DNA from: Carpediemonas membranifera BICM
Lineage: Eukaryota > Protista > Fornicata
Direction: 5' to 3'
Length of the DNA: 64,000 nucleotides
Assembly: GCA_019828565.1 (NCBI GenBank)
Contig: JAHDYR010000012.1
Coordinates: 434,001 to 498,000 of the forward strand
The position numbers were made by a program, and so were the translations under genes. The notes beneath the pieces are model-generated. The model was not told the DNA's origin. It did no database searches and saw only the letters and a program-made list of their open reading frames with translations. This document shows positions 9,938 through 19,700 of the stretch, piece by piece (within the stretch, counting starts at the first letter, position 1; the number at the start of each line of letters is the position of its first letter).

Positions 9938-12043
9938 ATGAACCTCAAGCTGAGCTCTCCCGGTGACGATGCAAACTTCTCATATACTGCGCCAAAGCCA
10001 AGAGTCAACAAGCAAGCTCCTGAGCCGGCTCCTGCGCCTGCATCTGCACCGTCTACACAAGCCCCAAAGGTTCTCAGGGGTTCGCTCTTCGCCTTCGACG
10101 ACGGGCAGCGCCAATACATATCCCTTGGGACATGCGGCGTTGTAATCATCGAGACGGCGCCCGCGGTCCGAAAGCTCATGGTGTACATCGAGCCTGAGCC
10201 CGGCAAGCAGCAGACCGTCTTCACCGCGGACGTCAACGGCCAGCTCAACACAGTATTCACCCCCAATGAGCAGTACCGCTCCTTTAGTGCCCACGGTCGC
10301 GCGTTCTCCGTCTTCCTTGAGGCGGCCGACAGCGCCGAGCTCGCATCCATCATCAACAAGGCCTCCGCGCCTGATCTTATCGCCGAGACCAGCGGATCTG
10401 GCACCACAGTGGTCAAGGACGGCTACCGTGTCGGCCTGGTCTACCGCGTGGCCGCCGTTCCCGCCGACTGGGCAACACAGCCGCCCCAGGGGCCGCCACA
10501 GGCCCTGTTCGAGCAGAACGACGAGCTCGTGTTCGTCCTGGGACAGCAGGACAGCGCTCTGGGCGATTATGAGGAGCTGCTGCTGGGCATGCGGAAGGGC
10601 GGGGTCCGACTATTCCTGTGCCCCCCCGGGACGACGGTGTTCGGGGCTCCGGCGGGCACTCCCTTCATGCTGTCGGTCACGCTGCTCAGGACGAAGCGGG
10701 CCAAGAGCGACGCCCCCGCTCCCGCTGTGGTGACCCCTGCCCTGTCCGACGTCAAGCCCTCCCCCCATCTGCCCCCCGCACCCGCACCGGCGCCTATGGC
10801 CGCACCCGCGCCGGTGCCCGCGCCTGTTGCCGCTCCTACCGCTCCTGCGCCATCATCCCCCGCCCCCGCGGCCCCAGCGCCGACCCAGCCCGAGTTCAGG
10901 CTCCCCGCGAACATCGTGACGACAGAAGCACTCGCAGCCGCCCTCGCGCCCATCAGCGCCGCGGTGACGACCCTCCAGGAGCGCCTGGCACCTGCTACAG
11001 TGCCTGCGGACGTCCCATCGGCAGACAAGCTTGTCCTATCGCTGCAGCGTCTGCTGGACACCTGCTATCACGCCGAGGACAGAGTCACGGCCGCGGAGGA
11101 GGCGGCGAAGGACGCCAAGGACGAGCTCAGCGGCCTCCTCCGCAACCATGAGAGGGAGCTGAGTCGTATGGCCGCCCGGTACAGCAAGAACGTCGACGAG
11201 CTCAACGCCAAACTGAAGAAGACCAAGCGCGTGGTGATGCAGCTCAAGAAGTACAAGGAGGAGGCCGGAGCTGCCCGGGAGATCGTCTCTGGTCTGCAGG
11301 ACGAGCTCAGCCGGGCCAGGGCTGACCTAGCGGACGTAGAGGAGAGCGCCGAGCTCGAGGCTGCCGCACTCCGGAGAGAGCTCGTGCGGCGGGAGAACGA
11401 CCTTGCCGCACGGGACGCGGTGATCGCGAGGCTGACGGCTGAAAGAGACCAGGGCGTTGTGGCGCCCGTGAATGTGGCCGTCCCCGAGCCCGAGCCGGAG
11501 CAGTCGGAGACTGAGTTCACCGTCAGCGAGCCCAGCGACGACGACGAGGAGGAGGACGACCTCGTGACTCGAGGGAGCGAGGACGACGGCAGCGAGGACA
11601 ACGTCATACACTATGGTATGCCCGAGTACGATGAGGACGAGGACGACAGCGACGATGACGTCGGGGACATCGACTTTGAAGGAGGGGACAGCACCGAAGT
11701 ACCACTATCCGAGCGGGAAGAGTTTATCCCGGAGGCGCGGCGGGCGACCATTCCTGACGACGCCGGGTCCAGTGGGCCCAGGAGCAGCGAGGCGGACTCC
11801 CTTGAGGTCGAGGGGTCTGAGCAAGAGGCCGAGATCGACGAGAGCCCTGCTGAAGAAAGCCCGGTCGCCTACGACGACGGTAAGGATGATGAAGATGAGG
11901 AGCAAGAGCAAGAGGAGGAGGAAGAAGCCGATGATAATGAGGATGAAGATGACGATGGGGAGTACGAGGCTGGCACCAAGAACTACGTCGTCTCCGACAT
12001 CTCTGACGTGTCCGACGTCTCCCTGGACGACCTCGACCTGTAA
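9938..12043 (+). CDS. FKBP15-like protein (N-terminal domain, degenerate FKBP domain, Pro-rich linker, coiled coil, acidic tail)
   Basis: FSYTAPKP motif and FKBP-like segment LLGMRKGGVRLFLCPP, in the domain order of FKBP15. ATG at 9938. Confidence 0.65.
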   Translation: MNLKLSSPGDDANFSYTAPKPRVNKQAPEPAPAPASAPSTQAPKVLRGSLFAFDDGQRQYISLGTCGVVIIETAPAVRKLMVYIEPEPGKQQTVFTADVNGQLNTVFTPNEQYRSFSAHGRAFSVFLEAADSAELASIINKASAPDLIAETSGSGTTVVKDGYRVGLVYRVAAVPADWATQPPQGPPQALFEQNDELVFVLGQQDSALGDYEELLLGMRKGGVRLFLCPPGTTVFGAPAGTPFMLSVTLLRTKRAKSDAPAPAVVTPALSDVKPSPHLPPAPAPAPMAAPAPVPAPVAAPTAPAPSSPAPAAPAPTQPEFRLPANIVTTEALAAALAPISAAVTTLQERLAPATVPADVPSADKLVLSLQRLLDTCYHAEDRVTAAEEAAKDAKDELSGLLRNHERELSRMAARYSKNVDELNAKLKKTKRVVMQLKKYKEEAGAAREIVSGLQDELSRARADLADVEESAELEAAALRRELVRRENDLAARDAVIARLTAERDQGVVAPVNVAVPEPEPEQSETEFTVSEPSDDDEEEDDLVTRGSEDDGSEDNVIHYGMPEYDEDEDDSDDDVGDIDFEGGDSTEVPLSEREEFIPEARRATIPDDAGSSGPRSSEADSLEVEGSEQEAEIDESPAEESPVAYDDGKDDEDEEQEQEEEEEADDNEDEDDDGEYEAGTKNYVVSDISDVSDVSLDDLDL

Positions 12044-12061
12044 ACACATGTAGCCTTTACT

Positions 12062-13198
12062 CTATGCCTGCTCCACCGCTGGGACCAGGCCATGGGCCGA
12101 TGCCTCCTGCATGGTCCGATCGACCACACCCTGCACGGCCGTCTTCTTGATCGCCCCGAGGTCCCTCGCTGTCCCGGTCAGCCTGGCCCGGCAGCCCTCG
12201 ACTACGTGCTTGGCGTGTGTCGTCGTGTCGGTCGCGCTACTCGCCAGCTCCCTGCCTGCCGCCTCGAACCTGGCTGCCAGCTCGCCCAGCACCTCGATCA
12301 TGTCGCTGTCGAGCACACTGGTGGTCCTGAGGAGCCCGTCGAACGTCAGCGGGCAGCGGGTGGTCGGAGAATCCTCGGCCTGGTGCACAAGGGACCGGAA
12401 GATCGTCGCCGCGTGGGTCGCGACCTCCTGTGTCTTCCTGGCGAGGATGGCGGCCTGGTTCTTAAGGTCAGCCTCGGCATTAGCCTGCGCGAGATCGGTA
12501 CGGCTTAGCGCCTGGCGGATCTGCTGCCGTGCCGCTGCGACCTGCGCCCTGCGCTCCTCCTCGCACGTGATGTGGAGATCATGCAGGTCCGCCTCAATGC
12601 CCTGCCGCCGGGGCTTGCCGCGGAGGGAGACCGGCGCAGGCTGATCGCCCATGACTTGGACGAGTGGCAAGCCCGTCCTCCTGAGTCCGGCCTCGACCTC
12701 GCGGATCGACTCGCACGTGGAGTCGAACTGGCGGTGGGCGCGATCGATGGCCTTGCGGTTGTTCACGACGAACCGGAACAGCGTGTGCTCCCGCATGTTG
12801 AGGATCGAGTCAAGCATCGCCAGGCCCGCGGCATAGACGATCTCGTCGTTGTCCTTGGCTTCAGTGATGAGCTTGCGGAGGTTCGTCGTGCCCTCATTGA
12901 GCACACGCTCGCTGGCGTCGTTGAAGCTCTTGGTCACGTCGCTCAGGGATCGCTGGGTCACGTCGATGCACTCAGTCATGGTGGTCCCGGACGCGATGTT
13001 CAGGTGACTGTTGCTGTCACGGAGGCTATTGTACGCATCGGAAGTTAGCTTGGAGACGATGTAGGCATGGTTTGATATCCTGCGTGTCAGCTCGCTGGCC
13101 TCGTGGTCCACTGCACGCTTGAAATCCTTCAGAGTCTGTCGAGGCACTGGAGTTTCAACGTGGCGGAGGTTCGGCGTCTTCGTCGGACGTGATGACAT
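12062..13198 (-). CDS. Hypothetical helical/coiled-coil protein
   Basis: 378-aa ATG-started ORF with coding-type codon bias, filling the gap between neighbours. No recognisable motif. Confidence 0.75.
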   Translation of the reverse strand: MSSRPTKTPNLRHVETPVPRQTLKDFKRAVDHEASELTRRISNHAYIVSKLTSDAYNSLRDSNSHLNIASGTTMTECIDVTQRSLSDVTKSFNDASERVLNEGTTNLRKLITEAKDNDEIVYAAGLAMLDSILNMREHTLFRFVVNNRKAIDRAHRQFDSTCESIREVEAGLRRTGLPLVQVMGDQPAPVSLRGKPRRQGIEADLHDLHITCEEERRAQVAAARQQIRQALSRTDLAQANAEADLKNQAAILARKTQEVATHAATIFRSLVHQAEDSPTTRCPLTFDGLLRTTSVLDSDMIEVLGELAARFEAAGRELASSATDTTTHAKHVVEGCRARLTGTARDLGAIKKTAVQGVVDRTMQEASAHGLVPAVEQA

Positions 13199-13559
13199 TG
13201 TCGTAGAGAAAATAATGCTTCACAGCCACTATTCGCACAAGGATTGCTTCGCAAGCTCCATCAATCTTATTCGCAACGACGGTTTTGCCACATTTGCACC
13301 CCTGGAAGAGTTAGCCCGTGCCAGCTGTGGGTGTTACGACCCAGCAACACCTCTCGTAGAACCCAGTGAACTTCCCGACCCGCGACCGCGGATGATCATT
13401 CCGGCACCGCTGAGCTCAGGATGCTGAAATCCCCGGCTGCTTAGACGGTCGGGTGTGGTTCCTGACATGTTCACACCCGGCTGCAGTGGCCGTATCAAGG
13501 GTCTTGGGAAGTCAACCGCAATTGACACAAGACTTTCGTAGACAAACCGATCATCAGTA

Positions 13560-14777
13560 ATGGGCGGACAATTGGTACCCAGCGCTTTCGTCTCTGGCCA
13601 GATTAACACTGCTATCGCGAATTCCTCGTGGATCCGCAGAATGTTCGAAGAGGGCGTCACGCTACGCGAGAAGCTCGGCGCTGAGAACGTCTTCGATCTC
13701 TCCATCGGCAACCCCGTGCTCGAGCCTCCCCAGAAGTTCCGTGACAACCTCAAGAAGCTTGCCGCGAACCCTCCCCCCGGTATCCACCGCTACATGTCGA
13801 ACGCCGGCTTCCCCGATGCCCGCGAGGAGGTCGCCGGGTATATCTCAGGATCCCACGGCATCAAGGTCGCCGCTGACGACGTCGTCCTGACCTGCGGCGC
13901 TGCCGGCGCGTCCAACATCTTCATGCGCACAGTCCTGGAGCCCGGAGACGAGGTCATCGTCCTCCCCCCGTACTTCGTCGAGTACGGCGCCTACGTCTCC
14001 CAGCATGGCGGCCGCATCGTCCCCGTCCCCACCGATGACAAGTTCATGCCCGACCTGGACGCCATCCGGGCGGCCATCACCGCCAAGACTCGGGCCATCA
14101 TCCTCAACTCCCCCAACAACCCCACCGGTGTCATCTACCCCAAGGACATCTACGCCAAGCTCGGCAACATCCTCCGCGACGCGTCCGAGAAGCAGGGCCG
14201 CCCTGTGTTCATGATCAGCGACGAGCCCTACCGTCGCCTCGCCTTTGACGACGTCGAGATCGGCTCCGTCCTCACGTCGTACGAAAACGCCATCGTGATG
14301 TCCTCGTTCTCCAAGGACCTCGGCCTGGCCGGCGAGCGTATCGGCTTCGTGACCCCGACCCCGCTCATGTCGAAGGAGGCCCGCCAGACCCTCGTCAACG
14401 GCCTCATCATGACTAACCGCACTCTCGGCTACCTCAACGCCCCCGCCATCATCCAGAAGGCCATCATCGGCGCCACAGGCCAGACTGTCGACATGGACTG
14501 GTACCGCGAGCGCCGCGACATGCTCTACAGCGGCCTCGTCGACTGCGGTCTCGACGTCGTCCGGCCCCAGGGTGCTTTCTTCGCCTTCCCCAAGACCCCA
14601 GCCGGCGTGGACGACATGGAGTTCACCGCCAAGCTCAAGGAGGAGGGTGTGCTCGTCGTGCCGGGCCGCGGCTTTGGGCGGGCGAACCATGTCCGGCTGA
14701 GCTACGTTGCCGAGAAGAAGACGCTGGAGAAGGCCTTGAACAAGATCCAGGGTGTCATCCGCGGCCTCAAGAAGTGA
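13560..14777 (+). CDS. PLP-dependent class I/II aminotransferase (bacterial-type aspartate aminotransferase)
   Basis: SWIRRMFEEG...FDLSIGNP, NSPNNPTG, DEPY, and PLP lysine in SFSKDLGLAGERIG. Confidence 0.93.
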   Translation: MGGQLVPSAFVSGQINTAIANSSWIRRMFEEGVTLREKLGAENVFDLSIGNPVLEPPQKFRDNLKKLAANPPPGIHRYMSNAGFPDAREEVAGYISGSHGIKVAADDVVLTCGAAGASNIFMRTVLEPGDEVIVLPPYFVEYGAYVSQHGGRIVPVPTDDKFMPDLDAIRAAITAKTRAIILNSPNNPTGVIYPKDIYAKLGNILRDASEKQGRPVFMISDEPYRRLAFDDVEIGSVLTSYENAIVMSSFSKDLGLAGERIGFVTPTPLMSKEARQTLVNGLIMTNRTLGYLNAPAIIQKAIIGATGQTVDMDWYRERRDMLYSGLVDCGLDVVRPQGAFFAFPKTPAGVDDMEFTAKLKEEGVLVVPGRGFGRANHVRLSYVAEKKTLEKALNKIQGVIRGLKK

Positions 14778-14908
14778 TCATAAAGTATGTTAGTACCCGG
14801 CAGTCGGGTGGGTCGCATGGCATTTACGTGATTAACGTGAGCGACACGTTATTCGTCCTGGCCACGTTTGGTTTCAGCTATCACCAGCTCTCAAGCAGAC
14901 CTACAGCA

Positions 14909-16687
14909 ATGGAATACGATCCAATCGCTGGCAGTGATGATCCCTTCTTGGAGCTTGATCAGGCCCCCGTCGTCAAGAAGCGCCGTTTCAAGATCCCAAA
15001 ACCTTCGCTAACGCACGTCATATACGCCCTCTACGTCGTCATGAGCCTCATCTCAAGCATATATGTGTTCTTTGGCATTGTATTCCAGTACTATACTGAG
15101 GCTGCGACCGTCTCTCTTATCGTGGCGCAGCTGGTCTTCCTCAGCTACACGGAGATCAGGCACCACTTCAGCTCTCTCCCTCTGACCCTTGTGCTGCCAT
15201 ATCCTCTCTTCACGGGCTTCCTGATGCTGTACAACGCCATCTCAGGCTTCATTGTACTCACCAACGTCTTCGTCGAGCACGAATTCATCCGTAAGATCTA
15301 CATTGTCGTTTGCTCAATCCCTAACACCCTCATGGCCATCCTTGAGTTCAGAACCTTCGTCATGCTCTGCATCGTCACCGTTAAGGCCTACGCCCAGTCC
15401 CGTCGCAAGCAGCATAAGAAGCCCTTCCGCGAGACAGGCAAGGAAAAGGCGCAGCGCAAGAACAGACTCAAGGCAGGTGACACCGACGCCCAGGCGATCC
15501 TGGACATGTCGTCGCTGGCCAACTACAGCATGGCCGAGGACCTCGAGCGGCTGCTGAGCGAGAGCCAGCTCAAAACCGAGGAAGTGCGGCAGATGAAGCG
15601 CGAGCACATGAAGCACGTCCGCTACCAGCTGCTGCGGGACACGCTGCGGTCCAGCTACCTCCTTGGGACCCTGACACCGATGCTCTTCTTCGTCCTCGTT
15701 TGCCTCACCCTCATGCTGCAGAACGTGCTTGTGACGTGGGATCAGCTCAACTACGGCCACCCCGGCTTCTACACGACCTCTGAGGGCCGCACGCTCCACG
15801 TCTACTGCAGCATCGGGCCGGACCTGCCCCACGACGACCCCACCAAGCAGGGCCACCTCATCATGCTGGACGCCGGCTACGGGCTGCCAGGCATGGTCTG
15901 GTACCGCGCCGTGCTCGACCTGGCGGCGGAGATGGACGAGCCGCTGACCATCTGCTACTACGACAAGCCGGGCCTCGGCTGGAGCACCTTGCCGATGTTC
16001 TACCGACCGACGGCCGCCGACTACGTTACGACCCTGCACGACGCCATCAAGGCCGCCCTCGCCAACGACCCGCAGACGGTGAACCCGCGTTCGTCAGTGA
16101 CCCTCGTCTCCCACGGCACGGCGGCCCTCTACATGCCCGAGTTCGTCGCCAAGCACCCCGACCTCGTGGACCACGTCGTCACGGTAGACGGGTACAGCGC
16201 CAACATGACAGGGCAGGTCGACGACACGATCAAACCCTTCACGTCTCGCGTGGTCGCGATGCTGGCGCCCTTCGGCATGGGCAGGCTGTGGGCCCACTCG
16301 CTGGGCGCCCCACACCGCTTTGCATCCTCCGAAGCCGACGCCTGGGTGGCCCTCAACTCCCGGACAACCCAGTGGATCGCCCAGATGGCCGAGGCCGAGG
16401 ACATCGGCAGCCTGCTGGCGTCGAATAAGAAGTACGCCAAGCCCGGCGTCCTGGGCGGCATCCCGCTGTCTGTGATTGTGGCGGACATGTCAGAGAGCCT
16501 CTCAGCCAAGCTTTGGACGAGGCGAAGGGAGCACAGCGAGGCTATGCTGGCCTGGAGCTGCGCGGCCGAGCAGGACATAATCACGATGAAGAGCGGACAC
16601 AGGATGATGATAGACATCCCGATGAAGATCGCCAGCAGTGTGCTCAACGCCATGGGAAAGCAGCAGGGATCGTGTGATATAGTTTAA
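14909..16687 (+). CDS. Multi-pass membrane protein with C-terminal alpha/beta-hydrolase fold
   Basis: About 5 hydrophobic segments, then IMLDAGYG, YYDKPGLGWS, LVSHGTAA, VTVDG and SGH motifs. ATG at 14909. Confidence 0.8.
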   Translation: MEYDPIAGSDDPFLELDQAPVVKKRRFKIPKPSLTHVIYALYVVMSLISSIYVFFGIVFQYYTEAATVSLIVAQLVFLSYTEIRHHFSSLPLTLVLPYPLFTGFLMLYNAISGFIVLTNVFVEHEFIRKIYIVVCSIPNTLMAILEFRTFVMLCIVTVKAYAQSRRKQHKKPFRETGKEKAQRKNRLKAGDTDAQAILDMSSLANYSMAEDLERLLSESQLKTEEVRQMKREHMKHVRYQLLRDTLRSSYLLGTLTPMLFFVLVCLTLMLQNVLVTWDQLNYGHPGFYTTSEGRTLHVYCSIGPDLPHDDPTKQGHLIMLDAGYGLPGMVWYRAVLDLAAEMDEPLTICYYDKPGLGWSTLPMFYRPTAADYVTTLHDAIKAALANDPQTVNPRSSVTLVSHGTAALYMPEFVAKHPDLVDHVVTVDGYSANMTGQVDDTIKPFTSRVVAMLAPFGMGRLWAHSLGAPHRFASSEADAWVALNSRTTQWIAQMAEAEDIGSLLASNKKYAKPGVLGGIPLSVIVADMSESLSAKLWTRRREHSEAMLAWSCAAEQDIITMKSGHRMMIDIPMKIASSVLNAMGKQQGSCDIV

Positions 16688-16735
16688 AGTTTACACCGAG
16701 ATACACTTGACGCTTATGCAACAAGTTTACACATG

Positions 16736-19700
16736 TTAATGAGTGAGGTAGGACTGCAGCAGCTTGAACGACCGGCTGAAGCGGCTCAGCTGGCGGAAGA
16801 GCACTCTGAGCCCGAACATGTACACGATCAGTGTTACGACCACGAGGGCCGCCCCGCCGACCACTGACACAATCTCACTGATGGTCAGCACGAGGGACAT
16901 GCGGGCATAGCGGTCTGCGAACATCGTCTCGATGGATGCGGCGATGGTGGCGGTCTCGCGCACCACGGGAATGAGGGTGCCGCTGCGGACATCGCTGGAC
17001 GCCGTGGGGGCCGTGCGGACGAACTGCTCGACCTTGGCAGCGTACTGGGACGCGCGGATCGAGAGGTCTTCGGGCTCGGTGCCGGTGAAAATGAGGTCGA
17101 GGGTATCGGCGCTGAAGGCGTCCTCGACGGTTTCCATGAGGGTGTCGAGCTCCAACTCAAGCATGGCCGGCTGGTTTGAGTAGGGCATTAGATACGAGTA
17201 GATCGACCGGGATCCAGACATCAGCACGCGAGAGTCCGCGGAGCAGGTGGTCGAGACAAAGAGGTAGATGAAGTAGATACCGGTAAAGAAGGCGATGACG
17301 ACAGCGGCGAAGAGAACGACGCCTGCGGTGACCGAGAGCAGCAGGGCGATCGCAAGGGTGAACTTCGTACGTAGGACCCGGTTGAGGACGTGCTGCTGGC
17401 GGGCTGACTGGGTGCGCTTGCTGGTCTGGCTGGAGAGCGCAGCCGTGGTGTAGGTCGGCAGCAGCAGGAAGGCGACGAAGCCCATCGTGAGCAGCAACAC
17501 GGCGTTGATGATGACGACGCTCGTGAGCTCGAGCTCGTCGGTCGACTCGAGGGTTTCGATGGCGTCCATCCTGAAGTTCTCGTACAGATCGAGGCAGAGT
17601 GCATTCAGTGTCACGAAGTCCTTGTAGGTGATGCGGTCCGTCAAGGCCAGGGTTTGAGCCATCGCCAGCTTGTCGGCGTCCGCCCGGGCAAGGTCGTACG
17701 TGCTGTTGGTGAAGCGCGTGGTGTCGATGGGGCGGGTCGACGCCGTCGAGTTCCAGGTAAAGTTGGCAACGGTCGGCATCATGATCAGGGCGTCGTCGTG
17801 GACTGAGGCTGCGAGCACGAGGGCGATTGCCATATCCTCATAAAGATAGTCATGGTACGCGACGACAGCGGCGAGGTCGTCTTGGTTGACGCCGACGTTG
17901 AGCTCGTTGATCCGGGCCACGGAATTCACGTGGTGCCCGACGGCGGTCTCGACCATGTCGAAGGCCGACTCGACACCGGTGAAGACGTAGCGCTGGACAG
18001 CGAACTGCAGCATCGCCATCACGTCGAGGGCGTACTCAAAGGCCTCGTTCACGGCAGCGGCGTCCTTGGCAACCTCGTTGGGGCGGACGAACTGGTAGGT
18101 GTAGAAGTGGACGCCGTAATCGATGGCCATCGTCGAGAGGCACACGACGAGGCAGCCGAGGGACACTAGGGCGAGTTTGCTGATGCCCGCCCGGCGCCGC
18201 TCGCCAGCGATGAGGGCGCTGAGGACGGTGGGGGCGAAGGCCAGGGCGAGAACGACGACCATGGTGATGGGGACGCCGAACGTCTCGAGGGTGTTGGTTT
18301 CGAGCTCGGAGATGAAGCCGGGGATGAGCTCGGATGTGCCGAGCATGTTGGCGAAGAGGTCCATGCGGAGGGCAGCGACCTTGTCGTCGAACAGGATGGC
18401 CTGGGCGAGGGCGAGCTGGTCTGCCGCGGCGAGTGTGGTGGTGTCGGAGGTCTTGTTGGTGTACCAGACCGACCGGGAGTACTCCTCGACATCGTGGGCG
18501 TAGTATGTCTCGCCCGTGTAGTTCCATGACACTGGGAGCATGAATGTGATGTCGGATGAGTAGCCGTACCCGTACGCCGCGATACTAACCGCGACATCAG
18601 TGTAGTAGTTGAGGTCCTGCGTGATGTCATGCGTGGCGATCGAGCTGTCCTCGGTCAGGATGCCTGGAATGCTCTCCTGGACCTCGAAGAAGGCTTTGGA
18701 CGCCGCCGTGCGCCGGCCGATGTAGGCGTCGAGGCGGTCGGTCGCACCGCTCACGACGAAGGCGCTGGGCTCGAGAATGTCGAGGACGGCGGGGCCGACG
18801 GTTGAGATGGTGGCGTAGTCGAGCATCTTGATAGTCTTCTCGAGCTCCTTATCGTGGTCGTTGTGCGAGGTCACCGTGAAGGCGACGAAGACGGCGATAG
18901 ACACGATGGCCACCAGCTGTCCTGCGATGGCAAGAACACTCCAGATGGCGTGGAAGTTGCCACCCTCGTGTCGGCCGCGATTGTTCTTGATGAGGTTCCT
19001 GACGAGACGGAGCAGGTCAGCCAGCATGCCGAGTGTGCCCTTGGGCGGCTCGGGCAGGAAGTCCTCGACGTCGGACAGGGCCTTGTCCTCGCTGCCACTG
19101 CTGCCCGGCCCGGCAAGCTCGAAGGCCGAGGTGATCTCCTCATCGACGCTCTTGGTCTCGGGAGCCTCCTCGGTGAACATCACGCGCCGCTCAGTGCTCG
19201 GCTTGGGCTCAGAGGGCACAGCAGCGGCCTCGTCGTCGTCGTCGTGGCGGGCTCCGAGGTAGCAGACCTCGTATAGGGCGCCGTCGTCGTCCTCCTCGAC
19301 GCCTAGCTTCGCGTCGATGGCGGCTTCAGTCAGCTCGTCGTCGTTAAGGTCCTCCTGGAGGTCCTCATCGAGGTCGGCGACGACGATGTCCTTGAACTTC
19401 GACTTGGCCATGCCGACCAGCCGCATCTGACGACGGACCTGAGCTCTTGAGACGGAGAGGCAGTTGGTCAGCGAGACGTCGCAGGTCGATACCTCTGCGG
19501 TGAAGTTTCGGAAGATGATCCAGAAGGTGAGCACAACCGTGATCGACAGCTGCACCACGAAGAGCAGCGCGAGGATGAGCGCCATGCCGACGACAAGTGA
19601 GAATATCGTATCCTGCTCGAGCTCCTGGATCGTCTTCAGGTTCTCCACCGACGAGTCGAGGTTCATGCCGACGGCCATGTGTGCCCGAACAAACCGGGTT

